Source: Macrostomum hystrix
Taxonomy: Eukaryota > Animalia > Platyhelminthes
DNA: 64,000 nucleotides
Assembly: GCA_950097015.1 (NCBI GenBank)
Contig: CATNEN010000038.1
Location: 16,430,001-16,494,000, forward strand
Direction: 5' to 3'
The notes below the pieces were generated by a model. It made no database searches, was not told where the DNA came from, and saw only the letters and a list, made by a program, of their open reading frames with translations. Position 1 is the first letter of the stretch, and the number at the start of each line of letters is the position of its first letter. The translations under genes and the position numbers were made by a program. This document shows, piece by piece, positions 23,741-33,334 of the stretch.

Positions 23741-24523
23741 ATTTAATTAGTCGGCCACATTATACGCTCGTTGGGACAATACTTTTAACGCTGCTTTACT
23801 TTTTAGCCTGTTAATTTTTTAAGATATACTTCTTCGTATTAAAATAAAGGACGTTCATTAAAATATCGTGATGAAAATATAGTATTATACATTATACATT
23901 TATACATCTAGTATTATTCGACATTGCTATTTATTTATATAATTCGAATATCGATATCGCGATCCCGTAAGCAAAGAATAAATAAAATTATAGTATTGAA
24001 GTTCTATATTAAAATCTCCAAATGAATTATTTATAGAAAAATAAATAAAAAATAAAACCAAAGAAAATACAATTCTTTTTTAAATATGATCCCAAGCATA
24101 TACTAAATCGTTAGCATTTTAAAATAAAGTGGCAGAACTCATAAAAAATACTTTTGGCAATAGAGTAAAGCACAGCGACTAGCTGCTTAAATTTTACTGT
24201 GATTTTTAATTGTGATAAACTTTGGTTTATTTCTTGAGGTATAATTGTTATAACTATCTAACTGGTTCTCATTTTTTAACAAATCATTTTACGTTTGACA
24301 GTAGTATATTGAAACGTTATAAAATACATTTTACTTCAATTTGTTTTCTTTTTCTTCATTTAAAAGTTCTTTTTTTGTTTTTTATTTGCTATATCATATT
24401 TTCTAGTACTTATGATACTTTTCTGATTTATTTTTTGCTTTCATTTATAAGAAGTTTTTTATTTATTATAAATCCAAAAATACACGGTTAAAAAAATCTA
24501 ACATTTTCAGAGCAGCATAACAA

Positions 24524-26665
24524 ATGAGCTACCACAGGCCAGGAAACACCAAGCAGCTAAGCTTTCAATACCTGGACGACTACATAAAACGTTTCGTTGG
24601 TCAGAAAACCGGCTTAGCAGTTCGACTCGATCTCCAGACCAGCTGGGTGGCCATCAAATCTCTCGAGGCAAATGGCTCCGTTGCTTTGGCAATGTTCTGG
24701 GCCAAGGTGCTGCAACATAGGGACAATTATCCCACCGATAAGGTACATTATAATCGATCAAGGGATAGTGAAACTGGCGCAGATCGGCTCCTGATTCGAG
24801 TCGATGACGTCACCATCAGTTTGAATCTGAGCAGCGGTCTGTTAGAGATCTCGGGTCCTCACGTGCTGCAGTGGCTCAAGAAGCGATTTCTGGGCCTCCT
24901 GAGAGCCTACGACGGCTTCAAGGACACCGGCGACTGGTACGGGGACGATGAATTCCAGGACGAGCTGCGGATCGACTCGCGGCCTCAGCTGCGGCCGACG
25001 CCGTTTGCCGCCGACAGCTCCGACACGACAGCGATTCCCGGCGGAATGCTCGACGGACTGGTGAGCTGCGAGATGGCTTTGAGATGAGATGAATTAGAAT
25101 GAGATGAGATGAAATAGAATGAGATGAGATGAATTAGAATGAGATTAGATGAATTAGAATGAGATGAGATGAATTAGAATGAGATGAGATGAAATAGAAT
25201 GAGATGAGATGAAATAGAATGAGATGAGATGGAATAGAATGAGATGAGATGAGATGAATTAGAATGAGATGAGATGAAATACAATGAGATGAGATGAATT
25301 AGAATGCGATGAGACGAAATAGAATGAGATGAGATGAAATAGAATGAGATGAGATGAAATAGAATGAGATGAGATGAATTAGAATGAGATGAGATGAAAT
25401 AGAATGAGATGAGATGAATTAGAATGAGATGAGATGAATTAGAATGAGATGAGATGAAATAGAATGAGATGAGATGAATTAGAATGAGGTGAGATGGAAT
25501 AGAATGAGATGAGATGAGATAAATTAAAATGAGATGAGATGAATTAGAATGAGATGAGATGAATTAGAATGAGATGAGATGAATTAGAATGAGATGAGAT
25601 GAAATAGAATGAGATGAGATGAATTAGAATGAGGTGAGATGGAATAGAATGAGATGAGATGAGATAAATTAAAATGAGATGAGATGAATTAGAATGAGAT
25701 GAGATGAATTAGAATGAGATGAGATGAATTAGAATGAGATGAGACGAAATAGAATGAGATGAGATGAAATAGAATGAGATGAGATGAATTAGAATGAGAT
25801 GAGATGGAATAGAATGAGATGATTTGAGATGAATTAGAACGAGATGAGACGAAATAGAACGAGTTGAGATGGAATATAATTAGATAATATGGAACAGACG
25901 CGATGAAGTTGAGTAGAACGAGATGAGATGGAATGTAATCAGATGAGATGGAATAGAATAAGATGAGATGGAATAGAACGAGATGAGATGGAATACAATG
26001 AGATGAGATGAAAAAGTATTCGCTAATTATGGAAGAAATTTTCTAATAGAAAATCCCGCGAGAAACGAATTCAATACCTTCGCGTCCGCACACTTCCGCA
26101 GTGGCAGGGCCAGGTGATTGACTCAAGGCTTGAAAGGGCTAGAATTCCGTCCATACAGCCAACAGCAGACTATATCTGGCCAATGCTCAGATCCATTCTG
26201 TTCCGTTGGCTATCAGATGAAAACACACAGGTGTGCCTAATAACTACTCAACTGGACTCAAACGCCCTGGCTGATCTGTGCCGAATGGCGTGCAGCCTGA
26301 AGTCCACAGCGAGTTTCTCGTTAATCTGCGCCCCGTTCAAAGCCGACCAAATCAATGGCAAAGATTTGCCAAGCGTTCGCACTGTCGCTATGGACGGCTT
26401 CAGCGCTCAGGAACAGATGTGGCTAGAGTATAAACTGCTCAGACAGATCACCTCACCGATGGTTGCTAGCGGTGTCAACTTATTGGCAGGAATACGTCTG
26501 GGACAAGCTCAGGTTCTGCTTACATCGGCGCCGTTTCACAGCGCGATTCTGACTGCAGCTGACACGGTTGCCTCAAGTCGACGAGCTGATCTGCTTCAAT
26601 ATCTGCAGATGACTGAGAGCATGTTCATGCATGACTTTGTCCAGCCTTTGAATCGATCTCTGTAG
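24524..26665 (+). CDS. Uncharacterised 366-aa protein (exons 24524-25060, 26102-26665), C-terminal part possibly a degenerate PLD-like fold
   Basis: Two GC-rich ORFs joined in phase 0 by ctg|gtgagc...ccgcag|tgg across a satellite intron. An acceptor ttttcag lies just upstream of the ATG. Confidence 0.78.
25079..26010. repeat. (GAGAT/GAAT)-pentamer-based 25-bp satellite, intronic
   Basis: GAGATGAGATGAATTAGAAT periodicity. Confidence 0.95.
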
Positions 26666-26789
26666 AAACTGTACAGGATTTAACTCCTTTCTTGTATCGT
26701 AGGCCTTCAGTTTCTAAGAATCTCAGAGAATTATTATCAGAGAATTATGACTATTATTTGTTGCATCTGTTGCTTCAGATAATTCAAAA

Positions 26790-27210
26790 TCCCGATTCTC
26801 CCGAAACCAAGATTCTCTCGAAACCAAGATTCTCTCGAAATCCCAAATCTCCCGAAACTCAGATTCTCCTAAAATCCTGATTTTCCCGAAACCCCTATTC
26901 TTCCGAAATCCCGATTCTTCCGAAATCCCGATTCTTCCGAAATCCCGATTCTTCCGAAATCCCGATTCTTCCGAAATCCCGATTCTTCCGAAATCCCGAT
27001 TCTTCCGAAATCCCGATTCTTCCGAAATCCCAATTCTTCCGAAATCCCGATTCTTCCGAAATCCCGATTCTTCTGAAATCCCGATTCTTCCGAACTCCCG
27101 ATTCTTCCGAAATCCCGATTCTTCCAAAACTCAGATTCTCACGAAATCCCGATTCTCCCGAAATCCCGATTCTCCCGAAACCAAGATTCTCCCGAAACCA
27201 AGATTCTCCT
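26790..27210. repeat. 17-bp minisatellite (CCGAAATCCCGATTCTT)
   Basis: Tandem periodicity. Confidence 0.93.
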
Positions 27211-27581
27211 GAAATCATGAAAAGATCTAGATCTTCGAAATGACAAATTTAATATAGTTTTTCTTTGTCAATCTAATAGCTTGCAAAATATAGCTTCTTT
27301 CGGTTATGCTGTTCCCTATATTGTTGCTATGGTTTAGCATACTAACAACGTTTCACAGAGAAGTTGATTGTTTAACGATGTTTCGCAGATTTAACCATAG
27401 ACTATTGGTTAGCTATATTGAGTTATATTTTGGAATTAAAACAAATCAAAACAACATTTCGCATTAACAAAACTAATAACGTGTTTTACAATACAAGCAA
27501 TAAATATTACTATTCCGTTCACATTGTTATGGGACCTCGATATAGTTTATTCCCTATATTGAAATGACGAAACTTGGCGAC

Positions 27582-29066
27582 TTACGTCCCTTTGATTTGG
27601 AAGCTGCAGTTTTCGAATTTTCCGTTGAAATTTAGGACGACTGTTGTTTTTTTCTCGCTGTCGTTGGCTGTCATATGCACAATCCCCGGCTCCGCCGCCT
27701 CAGCACTAGTGGCAGAGGCTCCGACGCTAGACTCGATTACCATCATTGGCGCTACAACATCGTCAGCACCTTCGGCAGCTCCGTCGCATAACGGCTTGAC
27801 ATCGGTATTCAAGTTACTTGTAGTTGCTAGTGGTCGCTCCAGCGCTTTACTTACAGCAATCGAAACTTGTTTAATGGACCGATCGCGTCTTCTCGACAAG
27901 TAACGCCGGACAGTCGACTTGGCCCTCTGCCCAGTAATAGTCATGATTTCGTCCAGCTTGTGTCCACATTCATGCAAATCCGAAATACGCGTGACCCGGA
28001 TGCAATGATTAGTGTACATTTTTGACAACTGGCAGATCTCGCTCAGGTGACGCATGAAGTTAGCTAGCCAATTAATGCCTCTAACCTGGTTACTTGAAAA
28101 ACGAAGGTTACCGCTTCCATCGTTTGCCAGTGGGCGTGGAAAGAAGGATGAATATTTTGTGTTCTCCGGTAGCAGCTTTAAGTAGTCGACGACAAGATCT
28201 CGCTGCTGTCCATAGAGGCGAGCTTGCTTTGCTGAGTTGTTCTTAGCACGCGTTGGATCAGTCGATTGATTCTTCGTTGGCAGATCTGGCAGGCTCAGAT
28301 ATGGTTGGCTATCAGCATCTATTCCTTCTACCAAGGTGCCCTTCTTCTTGAGATATTTAAGATGTTCTTGGCCGCGCTCACCTAATGTATAGAGTAATGT
28401 GAAGAGCACTTCATCCTGAACACGTTCTGCTGTGCTTCTATCAAAGTATTTCCGCAATCGCTCTAGGTCTCCTTCCTCAATTGGCGGATATTGTCTTCTG
28501 ACAGCACCAGATCCATTGTATTCGCGTACTTTGACGCGTAGCATTCTATTAGCGGCAGCAAAGTCTCCTCCGGAAATGATATCCACAGAACGCTTAAGAA
28601 CGATGCAAAAGTAGCGCTGAATGCCGGCACGGATGCAAACCAAGGACGCAGGTGCGTACCTTCCTCCGTCAGCTTTCTTTAACGAAAAGTAGTAGAAACG
28701 TAGAAACTCATTCAGCATGGTCTGCGAAATCGTCTCAGGGGACACTTCAGTTTGTCTTCGTAGAAACTCCACAAATGCTTTTCCATGTTGGAACATCTGT
28801 TCTCGCGTAGTCTTGGGTAGCGAATCGATTTCAATGCGATCGAGATCGTCAACCGACAGTGGTGCGTCACCAGGTAGATCCGGTAATGATATGTCCAGCA
28901 CCGACTGATCTTCACGGGCGGGATCTTCTAAGAAGTTGACAAATTCCAGTAGATCAGCGTCCTCCGAGTGGTCCGTTGCACTCAGCATTGAAAGAAAATC
29001 CATTTCGCTAGCAGATACTCCGTTAAAAGAGTCGGTCGGCAAGTTTTTCCAATGTATTAGATGCAT
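27582..29066 (-). CDS. Crypton-like tyrosine recombinase (DUF3504; KCTD1/ZMYM/QRICH1-related), intronless, 494 aa
   Basis: FLRFYYFSLKKADGGRYAPASLVCIRAGIQRY (Crypton N-domain), GERGQEH (R), TKNQ (K), YTNHCIRVT (HxxR), TGQR..STVRRY (Y) and a C-terminal FENCSFQI motif. Confidence 0.88.
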   Translation of the reverse strand: MHLIHWKNLPTDSFNGVSASEMDFLSMLSATDHSEDADLLEFVNFLEDPAREDQSVLDISLPDLPGDAPLSVDDLDRIEIDSLPKTTREQMFQHGKAFVEFLRRQTEVSPETISQTMLNEFLRFYYFSLKKADGGRYAPASLVCIRAGIQRYFCIVLKRSVDIISGGDFAAANRMLRVKVREYNGSGAVRRQYPPIEEGDLERLRKYFDRSTAERVQDEVLFTLLYTLGERGQEHLKYLKKKGTLVEGIDADSQPYLSLPDLPTKNQSTDPTRAKNNSAKQARLYGQQRDLVVDYLKLLPENTKYSSFFPRPLANDGSGNLRFSSNQVRGINWLANFMRHLSEICQLSKMYTNHCIRVTRISDLHECGHKLDEIMTITGQRAKSTVRRYLSRRRDRSIKQVSIAVSKALERPLATTSNLNTDVKPLCDGAAEGADDVVAPMMVIESSVGASATSAEAAEPGIVHMTANDSEKKTTVVLNFNGKFENCSFQIKGT

Positions 29067-29382
29067 TTTTGGAATCAGTGCAGACAGTGAAACTTATAAC
29101 TTGTAGTTAAACGCAAACCCTTTGCATTTCTCTACTCCTTTTCGCTCCAATAGTCTATGGCACAGCTTAGCAGAGTCCAACCTATGTATTCCTCTACTGC
29201 TTTTCACTCCATATGGCACAGTTGTAGCCATAGACAATACACACTCAGTGAAGTCTAGAACGTTTCTGATTCGATGAGGCATCGTTAAACAATCGGCATT
29301 AAACAATCGGCGTTAAACAATGCTTCAGCGTTAAATAATGCTTCAAGTCGAGTATGCCAAACCACAGTAACAATAAGCTTAG

Positions 29383-29474
29383 TCATATGGTACAATCGGT
29401 AAACAATAAGCAAAGATCACTCGTGGCTACGCCACTCGTGATTTTGCTTATTGTTTACCTCTTGTACCATATGA
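29383..29474. repeat. 92-nt near-perfect inverted repeat (hairpin/cruciform)
   Basis: TCATATGGTACAA-tc-GGTAAACAATAAGCAAA-g-ATCAC-tc-GTGGC-tac-GCCAC-tc-GTGAT-TTTGCTTATTGTTTACC-tc-TTGTACCATATGA. Confidence 0.95.
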
Positions 29475-29869
29475 ATAATCTCCCATTGCTATTTTTTAGA
29501 AAGAATTGAACAATGCTACTAATGGTAGTTTAGTTTGGGTCTGTACAAAGTGCATAAATTCATAATTTGAAAGAAAGAAATTTGGCAAGAAAATTTTTTC
29601 TCCTATCTGCCCTCGTTTATGTTATGGCTTCGTATTGTTGCAAATTTATCATATTGAAGTGATTGACAGTAAATCTAATATTTAGATTTCTTCCAAATAA
29701 ATCATTTCACGAACTGCTGGACATACTGCATTCAGGGAGGAGTTCTTTTATCTGTATGTATAAAAGTGTGTTGCAGTTGTAAGTTATTTTAAGATTTGTG
29801 TGCAAATATCCCACAAGAATATATATATAGAATATTGTGTGGCATGGTGTAGAACAGTTAGATAACCTT

Positions 29870-32440
29870 TTGATAGGTACACTATCCTGTCTAAACATGG
29901 ATTATCCGTTTAACAGGTACGTTATCCTGTCTAACAGGTAGCCTATCCTGTCTAACAGGTAGCCTATCCTGTCTAAAAGGTAGCCTATCCTGTCTAAACA
30001 TGGATTATCCGTTTAACAGGTACGTTATCCTGTCTAACAGGTAGCCTATCCTGTCTAACAGGTAGCCTATCCTGTCTAAAAGGTAGCCTATCCTGTCTAA
30101 ACATGGATTATCCGTTTAACAGGTACGTTATCCTGTCTAACAGGTAGCCTATCCTGTCTAACAGGTAGCCTATCCTGTCTAACAGGTAGCCTATCCTGTC
30201 TAACAGGTAGCCTATCCTGTCTAACAGGTAGCCTATCCTGTCTAACAGGTAGCCTATCCTGTCTAACAGGTAGCCTATCCTGTCTAACAGGTAGCCTATC
30301 CTGTCTAAAAGGTAGCCTATCCTGTCTAAACATGGATTATCCGTTTAACAGGTACGTTATCCTGTCTAACAGGTAGCCTATCCTGTCTAACAGGTAGCCT
30401 ATCCTGTCTAAAAGGTAGCCTATCCTGTCTAAACATGGATTATCCGTTTAACAGGTACGTTATCCTGTCTAACAGGTAGCCTATCCTGTCTAACAGGTAG
30501 CCTATCCTGTCTAACAGGTAGCCTATCCTGTCTAACAGGTAGCCTATCCTGTCTAACAGGTAGCCTATCCTGTCTAACAGGTAGCCTATCCTGTCTAACA
30601 GGTAGCCTATCCTGTCTAAAAGGTAGCCTATCCTGTCTAAACATGGATTATCCGTTTAACAGGTACGTTATCCTGTCTAACAGGTAGCCTATCCTGTCTA
30701 ACAGGTAGCCTATCCTATCTAACAGGTAGCCTATCCTGTCTAACAGGTAGCCTATCCTGTCTAACAGGTAGCCTATCCTGTCTAACAGGTAGCCTATCCT
30801 ATCTAACAGGTAGCCTATCCTGTCTAACAGGTAGCCTATCCTGTCTAAAAGGTAGACTATCCTGTCTAACAGGTAGCCTATCCTGTCTAACAGGTAGCCT
30901 ATCCTGTCTAAAAGGTAGCCTATCCTGTCTAAAAGGTAGCCTATCCTGTCTAAAAGGTAGCCTATCCTGTCTAACATGTAGCCTATCCTGTCTAACAGGT
31001 AGCCTATCCTGTCTAAAAGGTAGCCTATCCTGTCTAAAAGGTAGACTATCCTGTCTAAAAGGTAGACTATCTTGTCTAAAAGGTAGACTATTCTGTCTAA
31101 AAGGTAGACTATCCTGTCTAAAAGGTAGACTATTCTGTCTAAAAGGTAGACTATCCTGTCTAACAGGTAGCCTATCCTATCTAACAGGTGGATAAAGTCG
31201 AGGGTCGGTGGCAGAGCAGTCTAACGCGTTTGCCTCTCGCACCAAGGCCCCTGAGCTCGATTCCGCGGCGAGGCCGCATTCATTTGGGGCGCAGCCGCGT
31301 AGAGAAGGCTTGGTGGCTTGTCATGCAAGTTACGCCTTTGAGGGCGAGCCTCCAAGGCACAGTGAAATGTACACTGCCTGACGATGAGAAAGTCAGGGCA
31401 GATGTACACACCTGTGTGAGCGTATGCCTGCGTACGGTATCTGTGTGCGTGTGTGCTCAGGAATCAGCGAAATGGGCAGAATTGCCTCCTCGCTGGCTGC
31501 GGGTCTAGTGTCACCAAAATGATGTGCCACTGCCCGCAGCCCTTCTGCAGTTAATATTAATAATATTAACAGGTGGATTATTCTGTCTAACAGGTGGATT
31601 ATCCTGTCTAACAGGTACTCGTAGATTATCCTGTCTAACACGTGAATTATCTTGTCTAACAGGTGGATTATCCTGTCTAACAGGTTGATTATCCTGTCTA
31701 ACAGGTGGATTATCCTGTCTAACAGGTTGATTATCCTGTCTAACAGGTGGATTATCCTGTCTAACAGGTTGATTATCCTGTCTAACAGGTACTCGTAGAT
31801 TATCCTGTCTAACACGTGAATTATCTTGTCTAACAGGTGGATTATCCTGTCTAACAGGTTGATTATCCTGTCTAACAGGTACTCGTAGATTATCCTGTCT
31901 AACACGTGAATTATCTTGTCTAACAGGTGGATTATCCTGTCTAACAGGTTGATTATCCTGTCTAACAGGTACTCGTAGATTATCCTGTCTAACACGTGAA
32001 TTATCTTGTCTAACAGGTGGATTATCCTGTCTAAAAGGTATATTTTCCTGTCTAACTAATAGATTGTCCTTCTCTAGTTAGATTATCCTGTCTAACACGT
32101 GAATTATATTGTCTAACAGGTGGATTATCCTGTCTAACAGGTTGATTATCCTGTCTAACAGGTACTCGTAGATTATCCTGTCTAACACGTGAATTATCTT
32201 GTCTAACAGGTGGATTATCCTGTCTAAAAGGTATATTTTCCTGTCTAACTAGTAGATTGTCCTTCTCTAGTTAGATTATCCTGTCTAACTGGTGGATTTC
32301 CTACATAACAGGTAGATTATCCTGTCTAACCTGGTGGATTTCCTACATAACAGGTAGATTATCCTGTCTAACCTGGTGGATTTCCTACATAACAGGTAGA
32401 TTATCCTGTCTAACAGAGAGATTATCCTGCCTAACAGGTG
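29870..32440. repeat. 21-bp satellite (TATCCTGTCTAACAGGTAGCC / ...GTGGAT) with higher-order blocks, split by a SINE
   Basis: Tandem periodicity and a recurrent AAACATGGATTATCCGTTTAACAGGTACG marker. Confidence 0.96.
31199..31566 (+). mobile_element. SINE family A, full length, possible 12-bp TSD TAACAGGTGGAT
   Basis: Complete head, body and tail. Flanks 31182-31193 and 31567-31578 are identical. Confidence 0.9.
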
Positions 32441-33334
32441 GAATATAAAAAACATAGCTTCACTTTTAAATCTAAAATCAACGGTTTAGTCGATGGCAAG
32501 AACTTGGCAAGAAAGAGAATTACTAGAGCTGTTTTTGCAGCCACTGAATGCTTATTCGTTTTCATTCAAGGCTTCAAAACAACTGCGCAAAATGCAGCAT
32601 AACTGTTACATTTTAGCCTAATGAGAAAAAAGTTTTAGCTCTCGGAGTTTCCAGTTTTGGCACACGGCCCCCATGTAGTTCTCCCTTATAGGCTCTCAAA
32701 AACTGAACGACGGACTTTTGAAGAAGCTTTCAGGAATTCACGGGGGAGGAGGGTTGGAATAGCATTGGATGGAGGTTGGGATGTTGAGAGGAGACTGAGA
32801 CAAGCTGACCGTGCAGATCCCAACTAGCTATCCATCAGAAAAAAACTGTTCATAACGGGGAGTTAAAATCAATACTCTATTTTTTTAGCGGACAATTTCT
32901 ATATAAGTATCAAAATTTATTCTACATGGGATCTGTATAGATTATAGTTTGCACGCAGTTTGGTTTGGTCTCGGGGTTGAAGTGCTGATATATTCAGGCA
33001 TTTCGTTCCCCCTGAGACTCAGAGACAAATAGAACTCCTCAATTCCCTTCCTCTGTCTCTAAAATGCCCAGAGTGCCTTGGTATGGGGATGAATCTCCCA
33101 TTGGGGCAATAAACTACGGATGCGTTGGCATGGGCCATCTGCGGAGCATGGATAAAAAAGCTATAGCTCAGCCTCCCTGTTAGCTAGCAACAGACAGGCC
33201 ACATATATAAAAGAGAAAATTCTTGGCAACTTGGAATTGGGAATAGCGAAAATTTTCTTCTTTTTTTTAGTATCGGCCAACAAGGAAGATTCTGGACCGC
33301 ACTGCACATTTGTTTTATCCTTGACTCGTTGAAT

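Larger units (their letters stand above)
27270..29495 (-). mobile_element. Probable Crypton-type DNA transposon (boundaries approximate)
   Basis: Intronless YR ORF, short direct repeats at 29286-29345 and a long hairpin at 29383-29474. Confidence 0.6.

Noticed and set aside
31369-31409. CTGACGA...GAAA-GTC in SINE A resembles a hammerhead core
   Set aside because: There is no room for stem II or stem III. The segment folds as a simple hairpin (GTACA-CTGCCTGAC/GTCAGGGCAG-TGTAC).
31484-31497. GCCTCCTCGCTGGC in SINE A is identical to P3-L3-P3 of the genomic HDV ribozyme
   Set aside because: No upstream 7-bp P1 partner, no GG for P1.1 at the right position and no J4/2 could be built. It lies at the 3' end of the element, and the three-way-junction fold is supported by covariation with the LINE.
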